Position numbers and translations under genes: made by a program
In this document: one piece after another, positions 10,731 through 18,415 of the stretch
Position numbering within the stretch: the first letter of the stretch is position 1
How the letters are laid out: every line of letters begins with the position of its first letter
The notes under the pieces: model-generated
Told to the model about the DNA's origin: nothing
Database searches by the model: none
What the model saw: the letters and a program-made list of their open reading frames with translations, nothing else
DNA from: Candidatus Sericytochromatia bacterium
GTDB taxonomy: Bacteria; Cyanobacteriota; Sericytochromatia; S15B-MN24; UBA4093
Direction of reading: 5' to 3'
Length of the DNA: 64,000 bases
Assembly (NCBI GenBank): GCA_036676495.1
Contig: JAKFCT010000082.1
Coordinates: forward strand, 1-64,000

Positions 10731-11384
10731 TTGAAGAAATTCACCGTCCTCGCTTCCACGCTTTCCCTCTCCTTGCTGGCGGCCGCTCTCCTCGGCTGTA
10801 ACCCCCAGGCGACCACCGGCGTCGAGAAGCCGGATGAGGCCAAGGCTCTCCTCGAGAAAGGCAAGAAGCTGGCCACCATCGGTGAGTGCATGAGCTGCCA
10901 CACGCCGATCCGTCCGCTGGCGGATGGGACGGTGGGCCCTGACTTCGAGAAGGCCCTGCTGGGCGGCGGCAACGCCTGGCTGACCCCGATGGCGGGTATC
11001 GGCGTCTCTCCCAACCTGACGACGGGGGGTAAGTTCCTCAAGGACTCCGTCGACGAGATCGTCGATACCTGGATGGCCCGCCAGGAGCCCTACCTGCCTC
11101 CGATGCCTCCGATCGGCAAGGTTTACAGCAAGGAAGAGCTCAAGGCCATCGTGACCTACCTCAAGAGCGTTCCCGCGCAGACCGCGCCGGTGCCCGAGAA
11201 CTACTACTTCGCCGGGAAGACGAGCGGCGACGAGACCTGGCCCATGCCCGGCTGGATGGCGGCTCCTGGCCAAGAGGCCCGGATCATTCCCGGCAACCTC
11301 GAGATCTCCATCGCCCCGGGCCTGGCGCAAGCCTTCGGTCAGGACCTCATCAACGCGAACATCGCCTCGTCCAGCGTCAAGTAG
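10731..11384 (+). CDS. Monoheme cytochrome c lipoprotein
   Basis: Lipobox LLGC, CMSCH, SPNLT, PMP distal Met, AIVTYLKS. Confidence 0.8.
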   Translation: MKKFTVLASTLSLSLLAAALLGCNPQATTGVEKPDEAKALLEKGKKLATIGECMSCHTPIRPLADGTVGPDFEKALLGGGNAWLTPMAGIGVSPNLTTGGKFLKDSVDEIVDTWMARQEPYLPPMPPIGKVYSKEELKAIVTYLKSVPAQTAPVPENYYFAGKTSGDETWPMPGWMAAPGQEARIIPGNLEISIAPGLAQAFGQDLINANIASSSVK

Positions 11385-11400
11385 GCTTCTTTCCCTACAG

Positions 11401-11437
11401 GAGGCCGGGCAGCCCACGGGCTGCCCGGCCTCTTTTC
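11401..11437 (+). terminator. Intrinsic terminator
   Basis: GAGGCCGGGCAGCCC-ac-GGGCTGCCCGGCCTC-TTTT. Confidence 0.85.
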
Positions 11438-11495
11438 GGGCTTTTGCGGGTATAATACGCTCGCTAGCAAGTCTTCCACGGAGTTAGCATCCGCG

Positions 11496-12533
11496 ATGCC
11501 TCATAGAAAGCGTATGTCTCGGCCACGTCGCGTCATGGCGACCGCTCTCGGTCTCGGCTTGTTCCTCGCGCTCCCGGGTCCGGGACTCGCGAAGCAGGTC
11601 CGCGAGGTCTTCGGCGATCTCGGGCTCCTGCCGGAGGTCGCGCAACCCGAGCAGAATCCCGCGACGCCGGCCAAGGTCGCGCTGGGCCAGCAGCTCTTCT
11701 TCGATCCCCGGCTCTCCGGAGACGGCAAGCTCGCCTGCGTGAGCTGCCACGTGCCGGCCCTCGGCTGGGCGGACGGTCGCGCCACGGGAGTCGGGGCCGG
11801 GGGGCAGAAGCTCTCGCGCAACGTCCCCACGGTCCTGAACTCCGCTTACTACGCGGGCTTCTTCCATGACGGCCGGGCGAGCTCCCTGGAGGAGCAGGCC
11901 CTCGGCCCGCTCTTGAACCCCCTGGAGATGAACGCGGATCCCCAGCAGGTCGTCCGCACCCTGGCGGGCATCCCCGAGTACCGGAAGCGCTTCCGCGAGG
12001 CCTTCGGGGAGGAGCCGTCCCTGGAGGGCGTGGCCAAGGCGCTCGCCGCCTTCGAGCGGACGCTCGTCAGCAAGGATTCGGCCTTCGATCGCTGGCTCCA
12101 GGGAGAGGATGCGGCCCTGAGCCCCCAGGCGAAGCGGGGCCTCGAGGTCTTCACCGGCAAGGCGGACTGCACGGCCTGCCACAAGGGCCCCAACTTCTCG
12201 GATGGGGAGTATCACAACATTGGGGTGCCGGGCTCGGGCACGACGGACATGGGCCGCTTCGACGTGACCCGCAATCCGGAGGATCGCGGGGCCTTCAAGA
12301 CTCCCTCCCTGCGCAACGTGGCGCTCACGGCGCCCTACATGCACGACGGCTCGATGAAGACGCTTCGGGAGGCCGTGAAGCACTACGAGGAGGTCTCGAT
12401 GGACTTCCCCAACCTCGATCCGCTGATCGAGAACTGGGGAATGACCGAGGAAGAGATCGACGACGTGGTGGCCTTCCTGGAGTCGTTGACGGGAAAGCCG
12501 GTCAACCTCCAGCCCCCCCGCCTACCTGATTAA
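11496..12533 (+). CDS. Diheme cytochrome c peroxidase (bCCP/MauG family)
   Basis: LFFDPRLS, CVSCH, RNVPTVLN, CTACH, FKTPSLRNVALTAPYMHDGS. Confidence 0.92.
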   Translation: MPHRKRMSRPRRVMATALGLGLFLALPGPGLAKQVREVFGDLGLLPEVAQPEQNPATPAKVALGQQLFFDPRLSGDGKLACVSCHVPALGWADGRATGVGAGGQKLSRNVPTVLNSAYYAGFFHDGRASSLEEQALGPLLNPLEMNADPQQVVRTLAGIPEYRKRFREAFGEEPSLEGVAKALAAFERTLVSKDSAFDRWLQGEDAALSPQAKRGLEVFTGKADCTACHKGPNFSDGEYHNIGVPGSGTTDMGRFDVTRNPEDRGAFKTPSLRNVALTAPYMHDGSMKTLREAVKHYEEVSMDFPNLDPLIENWGMTEEEIDDVVAFLESLTGKPVNLQPPRLPD

Positions 12534-12575
12534 TTTATCGCTGAGCGCCCGCGGCCTTTCGAAACGACGTTTGCT

Positions 12576-12929
12576 TTAGAAGGCCTTCGAATCGTCGGGG
12601 GCTCCCGCCGCGATCCAATCCAGGACGTTCTGGATCTCCTCGGCGGTGAAGAGGTTCTTGGCGTAGCGCGCGTCGGTGAGCATGGTGCGGATGCCGGCGC
12701 GGTTGGGCCGGTCGACGGAGTACTGGCCCAGGTCCTTGGGGGCGCCCTTGGCGGCAGGATCCGTCTGGTGGCACTCTTTGCAACTTTCGTGCTCGGTCAC
12801 GGGTTTGACGTGGGTGGTGTAGGTCCGGGTCTTGGGCTGGCCGGCCTGTCCCACGGCTTCCATGCGGTTGGTGCAGCCGGTGGCGAGGAGGGCGATCGCC
12901 GCGCCCAGGAGGATGCCGCGCGTCATCAT
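12576..12929 (-). CDS. Small monoheme cytochrome c lipoprotein
   Basis: MMTRGILLGAAIALLATGC lipobox, TYTTHVKP...CKECH...WIAAGA; start overlaps upstream stop (ATGA). Confidence 0.8.
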   Translation of the reverse strand: MMTRGILLGAAIALLATGCTNRMEAVGQAGQPKTRTYTTHVKPVTEHESCKECHQTDPAAKGAPKDLGQYSVDRPNRAGIRTMLTDARYAKNLFTAEEIQNVLDWIAAGAPDDSKAF

Positions 12930-13723
12930 GAGTCGTCCTCCGTCTCGATCGTGAACTTCCGCTTCGGGAAGAAGGGGGCGTCGAAGTGGGCGTGGTACTC
13001 GAAGCCCACCCGCAGGGTGTCGGTGCCCGGCGAGAAGGTGCGGCCGTAGGTGGTGCCGGGGCCGAAGCGCCCGACCATCAGGAGCATGACGTGCGGGGTG
13101 TCGGGAATCCACCAGGCGAGTCCCGTGGACCAGTTGAAGCCATTGATCTCGATGACGCTTCGGTCGAGAGGGGCCACGATGTCGCCAAGTAGCGCGAAGC
13201 CGTCCCCGAGCGCGTAGGAGAGGCCGGCGCCCGCGGCGGTCATCCAGCCGGGATTGGCGGAGTAGTCGCCCACGTACGAGAAGTAGCGCCCCACGACTCC
13301 CGCGCCGAGGCCGGGCAGGAGATTGTTCTTGGAGGCGGTCACCTCGGCGATGCCGCTGCCTCCGAGGTGGGTGGTGTAGCCCAGCCGGGTGTTGAGGGCG
13401 AAGGGGGCGCCCTCGTACTCGTCCATGGCCTGGTAGCGCATGGCGAGTTCGCCGTCGAAGGGGGTGTTGCGGGTGGAGGCGACGAAGTCGAGGTTGAGCT
13501 GCTGCGAGAGGCCGAGGCCCAGGTTCAGGGCCGGAGCCGAGTCGTTCGGGAAGGTGGCCGCGTTGTAGCGATGGGACATCCGGAGGTACATCTGGCCGCG
13601 CTTGGCGTTGAGCGGCGAGGTGATGCCGGGAGTCCCGTAGTCGAACTGGAAGGCGGCGGCGGGCGCCGCCACGAGGCACGGGATCAGCGTGCCAGCCAGG
13701 AGCCAGGGGAGTTTGCGGCGCAT
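12926..13723 (-). CDS. Probable outer-membrane beta-barrel protein (DUF5777-like)
   Basis: Signal peptide MRRKLPW...AAA-F, alternating beta strands, SHRY and TPHVM motifs; real start is ATG at 13723 inside the longer spurious ORF. Confidence 0.65.
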   Translation of the reverse strand: MRRKLPWLLAGTLIPCLVAAPAAAFQFDYGTPGITSPLNAKRGQMYLRMSHRYNAATFPNDSAPALNLGLGLSQQLNLDFVASTRNTPFDGELAMRYQAMDEYEGAPFALNTRLGYTTHLGGSGIAEVTASKNNLLPGLGAGVVGRYFSYVGDYSANPGWMTAAGAGLSYALGDGFALLGDIVAPLDRSVIEINGFNWSTGLAWWIPDTPHVMLLMVGRFGPGTTYGRTFSPGTDTLRVGFEYHAHFDAPFFPKRKFTIETEDDS

Positions 13724-13734
13724 GGAAGTCCTTT

Positions 13735-15474
13735 CTAGAGGGTGAATCGGGTGACCAGGCTGCGGAGCTCGCTGGAGAGCTTCGTGAGCCCTTGAGCCGA
13801 ACCGGAGACGCGCTCGACGCTCGCGGTCTGCTGGTGGGAGGTGGCGGCGACCTCTTCGGCGCCGGCCGCGGATTCCTCGGAGATGTTGGCGATCGCGTCC
13901 ATCTCGCGGACCATGACCTCGGCGGAGGTGGCGAGCTGGCGGGCGGCCTCGCGGATCTGCTGGATCTCGCGGTCCGTCCGCTCGATGGCCGAGACCACCC
14001 GGTCGAAGGCGTCTCCGGCCTCGTGGATGATGTCCACGCCCTGGGTCACGCCCTGGCTGCCCTGGTGCATGATGGAGACGGCGCGCTGGGTCTCGTCGTG
14101 GATGTTGCTGACCAGCTCGGCGATGTGCTGAGCCGCGTTGCCCGACTCCACCGCGAGCTTGCGGATCTCCTGGGCCAGGACGCTGAAGGCCAGGCCCTGG
14201 TTGCCGACACGGGCCGCCTCGATGCCCGCGTTGAGGGCCAGGAGGTTGGTCTTCTTGGCAAAGCCTCCGATCAGGGTCACGATGGCCTGGATCTGCTGGC
14301 TGAGGGCGCCCAGGCGTTCGACGACTTCCGCGGAGTCCGTGAAGACCCCCTGGACGGCGTCCATGTGGCTGAGAGCGTCTTGCAGGACCCGGTCGCCGGC
14401 AGCGGCGGCGGCGGCGGCTTGCTGGGAGCTCTGGGCGGCGATCGCGACGTTGGAGGAGACCTTTTCGGCGGCGTTGGCGACGGCGAGGGCCTCGTCCGAG
14501 CTCTTGGTGATGCCCCTCACCTGCTCGGTGACACCGATGGCGAGCTGCTCCATGGTCAGGGAGACCTGGTGGGCGCCGGTGCCGGTCTCGTCCGCGGACT
14601 GAGCGAGGGCCTGGCTGGACTCCTGAAGGCGCGAGGAGACCGAGTCGATCTGGGAGACCATGCCCCGCAGCTGGGCGAGGAAGCGGTTGAACCAGAGGGC
14701 GAGCTCTCCGATCTCGTCGTGGCGATCGGCGTTGAGGGTCTTGCTGAGGTCGCCTTCCCCTTCGGCGATGTCGCGCAGCACGGCGATGAGTTCGTGGAGG
14801 GGAGTGGCGATCTGGCGGGCGAAGAGGAAGGCGATGGCCATGGCGAGGCCCAAGGCGATGCCGATGCTGACGAGCAGCTGGATCAGGGAGTTCTTGAACT
14901 CGGCCTGGGCCAGTTTCTTCTGGCGGTCGACTTCTTTTTCGCTGAGGGTGATCAATTCGTCGATCTTGACGTCGACGATCGTGGTCATGAGGCGCACGCC
15001 GCGCGTATTGCTGAGAGCCAGGGCCTGTTGGGTCTTGTTCTGTTCGACCAGGGCGAGGATCTCCTCGTTGAGGGCGGTCCACTCCTCGATGAGGGGCATG
15101 ATCTCGTCGCGGAACTTGGTTTCCTGGGCAGGGTTGGCGAAGAAGCGGAGGAAGGCGCGGCTGGCGCCGTCCATGTCGAGCACCTTGTCCTCGAGCTCGG
15201 GCATGAGGCGTTCGCGCTCCTTGGGGGAGCCGGCGAGGATGTAGTTTTTCTGGAGGCGATCGGCCTGGAGGTTGACCGAGCGGAGGTGGGAGATGGACTG
15301 GCCGCTCTCCATGGTGGTGGCAAGGGTGTCGAGCTGGGTCTTGACCCGGCTCATGGAGAGATAGCCTTCGAGCCCGACTCCGATGAGGAGCGCGAGCATG
15401 AAGATCATCATGAGGAAGAGCTTGGTGAGGATGCGTCGGTTGCGTAACCAGACGAAGGGGTTGAAGCTGCGCAC
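13735..15474 (-). CDS. Methyl-accepting chemotaxis protein
   Basis: Two TM segments around a helical periplasmic domain, HAMP (DEIGELA), signalling tip TNLLALNAGIEAARVG. Confidence 0.93.
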   Translation of the reverse strand: MRSFNPFVWLRNRRILTKLFLMMIFMLALLIGVGLEGYLSMSRVKTQLDTLATTMESGQSISHLRSVNLQADRLQKNYILAGSPKERERLMPELEDKVLDMDGASRAFLRFFANPAQETKFRDEIMPLIEEWTALNEEILALVEQNKTQQALALSNTRGVRLMTTIVDVKIDELITLSEKEVDRQKKLAQAEFKNSLIQLLVSIGIALGLAMAIAFLFARQIATPLHELIAVLRDIAEGEGDLSKTLNADRHDEIGELALWFNRFLAQLRGMVSQIDSVSSRLQESSQALAQSADETGTGAHQVSLTMEQLAIGVTEQVRGITKSSDEALAVANAAEKVSSNVAIAAQSSQQAAAAAAAGDRVLQDALSHMDAVQGVFTDSAEVVERLGALSQQIQAIVTLIGGFAKKTNLLALNAGIEAARVGNQGLAFSVLAQEIRKLAVESGNAAQHIAELVSNIHDETQRAVSIMHQGSQGVTQGVDIIHEAGDAFDRVVSAIERTDREIQQIREAARQLATSAEVMVREMDAIANISEESAAGAEEVAATSHQQTASVERVSGSAQGLTKLSSELRSLVTRFTL

Positions 15475-15885
15475 TTACTTCTCGAGCTTTTCTTTGACGT
15501 AGCCGCTCCAGTCCGCCGGAACGGGGCCGAAGCCGTCTTTGGGGAGGGAGGAGACGAAGGTGACCAGGTCGATGAACTGGGCGTCGCTGAGCTCGAGCTG
15601 GGCGTCTTCCTCGAGGTGTTTGAGGGTCTTGGCGATGAGCTTCTTCTCGCTGATGCGGCTGGCGCTCTCGATGAGGTTGGGGATTTTCTTGCCGCGGATG
15701 ACCTCGCCGGTGGTGAGGCCGATGGGGTGGCAGGTCATGCAAGCTTGGCCCTTCTTGCCCTTGGTGAGGAAGAGGATCTTGCCTTTATGGCGATCGCCGT
15801 CGAGGGCGGCGTGGGCGTTCGGGGTGAGGAAGGGGGTCAGGACGATGGCGATCGTGGCTGCGGCGAGCCAGTTCCGATACAGCAT
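15475..15885 (-). CDS. Periplasmic monoheme cytochrome c
   Basis: Signal peptide ending AHA, KGKILF...CMTCH, DLVTFVSSL; SD AGGAGG. Confidence 0.8.
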   Translation of the reverse strand: MLYRNWLAAATIAIVLTPFLTPNAHAALDGDRHKGKILFLTKGKKGQACMTCHPIGLTTGEVIRGKKIPNLIESASRISEKKLIAKTLKHLEEDAQLELSDAQFIDLVTFVSSLPKDGFGPVPADWSGYVKEKLEK

Positions 15886-16049
15886 GCGGGTCCTCCTGGG
15901 CTGAGTGGCGGGTCCAAGCTTGCGGCGTGGGGGCGAGGGCTCTGTCGCGGCGCGCGCCGAGGGTGTGGAAGTAAGCTTGTCTAGCTTCCATCCGCTTATA
16001 CCCCTGAGCAGGGGGTTCTATGCAGTTCAGGACGCGGAGGAAAAGGGGA

Positions 16050-16085
16050 GAAAAAAACGACGAGCCCCCCGTGAGGGGGGCTCGT
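16050..16085 (-). terminator. Intrinsic terminator of tRNA-Leu(CAG)
   Basis: ACGAGCCCCCC-loop-GGGGGGCTCGT followed by a T-run on the minus strand. Confidence 0.8.
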
Positions 16086-16088
16086 GAG

Positions 16089-16171
16089 TGCGGATGAGAG
16101 GATTTGAACCTCCACAGGGAAATCCCTACATGCTCCTGAGGCATGCGCGTCTGCCGTTCCGCCACATCCGC
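16089..16171 (-). tRNA. tRNA-Leu(CAG), CCA not encoded
   Basis: GCGGATGTGGCGGAACGGCAGACGC...CATGC-CTCAGGA-GCATG, long variable arm, GGTTCAAATCC; TTGTCC-17-TAACAT promoter upstream. Confidence 0.95.
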
Positions 16172-16232
16172 GTGACAAGAATTGATGTTAGCACAGCCTT
16201 TTGGGGAGGACAAGGGGTCATTATCAATTCGA

Positions 16233-16658
16233 TCAAAGTCCCCGCGCCACGGAGGGGTAGTCCTCGGGGGTGATCACGCCCTCGTCGAGCAGGGTTTGGG
16301 CCAGGGCCTCCAGCAATTGCCGGCGCTTGAAGGGTTTCGAGAGGTAGTGGGTGCAGCCCGCCGCCATGCCGCTCTGCTGGTCCGAGCCGGAAGCCTTGGC
16401 CGAGACGCAGATGATGGGAAGTTTGCGGGTCCGCGGGTCGGCCCGCAGGGCCTGGCTGGCCTCCAGCCCGTTCATCACCGGCATGAGGATGTCCATCAGG
16501 ACCGCGTCGACCTGCAGCCCCTCGTCATGGAGCAGCTTCAGGGCCTCCTGGCCGTCCGCGGCCGTGGTGACCCGGTGGCCGGCGCTCACGAGGATGATCT
16601 CCGCGATTTCCCGGTTCGAAGGTTCGTCCTCGACGACCAAGACATTCAAGGCTCTCAT
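16233..16658 (-). CDS. Single-domain response regulator (CheY/DivK-like)
   Basis: VLVVEDE, VLMDILMPVMNG, SAKA, YLSKP. Confidence 0.9.
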   Translation of the reverse strand: MRALNVLVVEDEPSNREIAEIILVSAGHRVTTAADGQEALKLLHDEGLQVDAVLMDILMPVMNGLEASQALRADPRTRKLPIICVSAKASGSDQQSGMAAGCTHYLSKPFKRRQLLEALAQTLLDEGVITPEDYPSVARGL

Positions 16659-16735
16659 GCCCATCATGGTAGCATTGCCCGCCCCGGGAGGGGCTTGGGG
16701 GGTTTGAACGGCATCGGCGCGGGAAAGGGGACAGC

Positions 16736-17227
16736 ATGGCCAAGATCGCGATCCTCGACGACGAACCCGAGGTCGTGACCCTCCTTTCGCGCTTCCTCAC
16801 CGAGCGCGGCGACGCCTTCATGCGCCGGGTCGGCGACACCGCCCGCGTGGCCGCCCAGGTCGTCGCCTTCCAGCCGGATCTGATCCTGATCCCGCTCTAC
16901 CGCCCCTTCCACCTCATCGCGCACCCCCTCACGGATTTCTTTCACGACGTGCGCGGGGCGGGCATGCTCGACATGATCGTCCGCATCCCCGCCCTGCAGG
17001 ACGTCCCGTTGATCCTCTTCAGCTTCTCCGTGCGCCCCGACGAACTGCCCCCCAATCTCATCGGGCGCTGCAAGGCCTTCTTGATGTTCCCCGAGGGCCT
17101 GCACGAGCTCAATCCCACCATCAGCGGCTTCGTCGGACCCGCCCAGGGCAGCCTCGACGACCTGCGTCGCCTCCGCGGCGAGCCCCCCCTCACGCCCCTC
17201 CCGAACCCGGACGATCCGGACGCGTGA
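16736..17227 (+). CDS. Atypical (pseudo-)receiver domain protein
   Basis: KIAILDDEP and PDLILI, but Pro at the phospho-acceptor position. Confidence 0.65.
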   Translation: MAKIAILDDEPEVVTLLSRFLTERGDAFMRRVGDTARVAAQVVAFQPDLILIPLYRPFHLIAHPLTDFFHDVRGAGMLDMIVRIPALQDVPLILFSFSVRPDELPPNLIGRCKAFLMFPEGLHELNPTISGFVGPAQGSLDDLRRLRGEPPLTPLPNPDDPDA

Positions 17228-18359
17228 GGCTGCCGCGCCGGATTACCCCCGTCCCGTAGCGATCCTTCAAGCGATCGAGGGCCTCGGTCAGCGGCTTCGA
17301 CCCCTCGAACAAGCTCAGCTGAGCATCCGGCCTGAAGTTCGAGAGGCTCGCGCCGATCAAGCGCAGGGGCTTCCTCCCGTCCCAGCCCGCCTTCACCAGA
17401 TCCCACGCCGTCGCGTAGATCTCCTCGTCGTCCTGGGTCGGCAACGCCAAGGTCACGCTGCGCTCGACCGTTTGAAAGGTCTTGGCGTAACGCACCTTGG
17501 CCGAGATCGTCCCCGCCAGGTAATCATGCCGCCGCAGCCGGTAACCCAGCTCGCATGCGATCTTCAGCAGGGCCCGCCGCAAGAAGACCGGATCCGCGCT
17601 GTCCTGATCGAACGTCTCCTCGCCCCCGATGCTCTTGGGCGGCCCCGCGGGGCTCACCGGCCGCGGATCCTTCCCCTGGGCCACCAAACACAAATCCGCC
17701 CCCTGGACCCCGAACTGCGCCGTGAGATAGGCCAGGGAAACCCCCGCCAGCTGCCCGACCGTCGAGATCCCCAGCTGCCTCAAGCGCTCCTGCGTCCGCT
17801 CTCCCACCCCGGGGATGATCCCCACGTCTCGCGGATGCAGCCACGCCTCTTCCTCGCCCGGCCGTACGATGCAGACTCCCGCCGGCTTGGCGGCCTTGGA
17901 GGCCACCTTCGCCAGCAGCTTCGACGTCCCACCTCCCACCGAGGCCGAAAGGCCCGTCTCGCAGGCGATCGCATCCCGGAGGGCATAGGCCACCGCCTCC
18001 AGCGGTCCCAGCAAGCGCTCGGTCCCCGTCATATCGAGGTAGGCCTCGTCGAACCCCACGGGCTCCACCACCGGGGCGAAGCGCTCCCAGATCCCCCTCA
18101 GCTGCCCGTTGATCTCCCGGTACTGTTCCATCGCGACCGGCACCCGGATGGCATGCGGGCAAAGCTCGTAAGCCTTGTACAGCGGCATCGCCGAGCGCAC
18201 GCCGAACGCCCGCGCCTCGTAGCTGGCGCTCGCCACCACTCCTCGCTTGGTCGAATGTCCCCCCACGATCACGGGCTTGCCCCGCCACTCGGGATGCTCC
18301 CGCTGCGCCACCGAGGCGAAGAAGGCATCCATATCCACGTGCAAGATCTGTCGCTTCAT
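17190..18359 (-). CDS. dinB: DNA polymerase IV (Y family)
   Basis: ILHVDMDAFFASV, SYEARAFGVRSAMP, FDEAYLD, KPAG, clamp motif QLSLF. Confidence 0.95.
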   Translation of the reverse strand: MKRQILHVDMDAFFASVAQREHPEWRGKPVIVGGHSTKRGVVASASYEARAFGVRSAMPLYKAYELCPHAIRVPVAMEQYREINGQLRGIWERFAPVVEPVGFDEAYLDMTGTERLLGPLEAVAYALRDAIACETGLSASVGGGTSKLLAKVASKAAKPAGVCIVRPGEEEAWLHPRDVGIIPGVGERTQERLRQLGISTVGQLAGVSLAYLTAQFGVQGADLCLVAQGKDPRPVSPAGPPKSIGGEETFDQDSADPVFLRRALLKIACELGYRLRRHDYLAGTISAKVRYAKTFQTVERSVTLALPTQDDEEIYATAWDLVKAGWDGRKPLRLIGASLSNFRPDAQLSLFEGSKPLTEALDRLKDRYGTGVIRRGSLTRPDRPGSGGA

Positions 18360-18415
18360 CGGGTGCTCCTTGCCGAGCCGCGGGCGCTATCCACATGCAA
18401 GATCGGTCGCTTCAT
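18356..18415 (-). CDS. 19-codon bridging mini-ORF MKRPILHVDSARGSARSTR (duplicate of the dinB 5' end)
   Basis: ATGA overlaps at both ends; first 9 codons nearly identical to dinB's. Confidence 0.45.
   Translation of the reverse strand: MKRPILHVDSARGSARSTR

Noticed and set aside
12926-15742. 938-aa and 367-aa (12576-13679) ORFs as long fusion proteins
   Set aside because: Their N-terminal parts are off-frame reads of neighbouring genes; real starts with signal peptides are at 13723 and 12929
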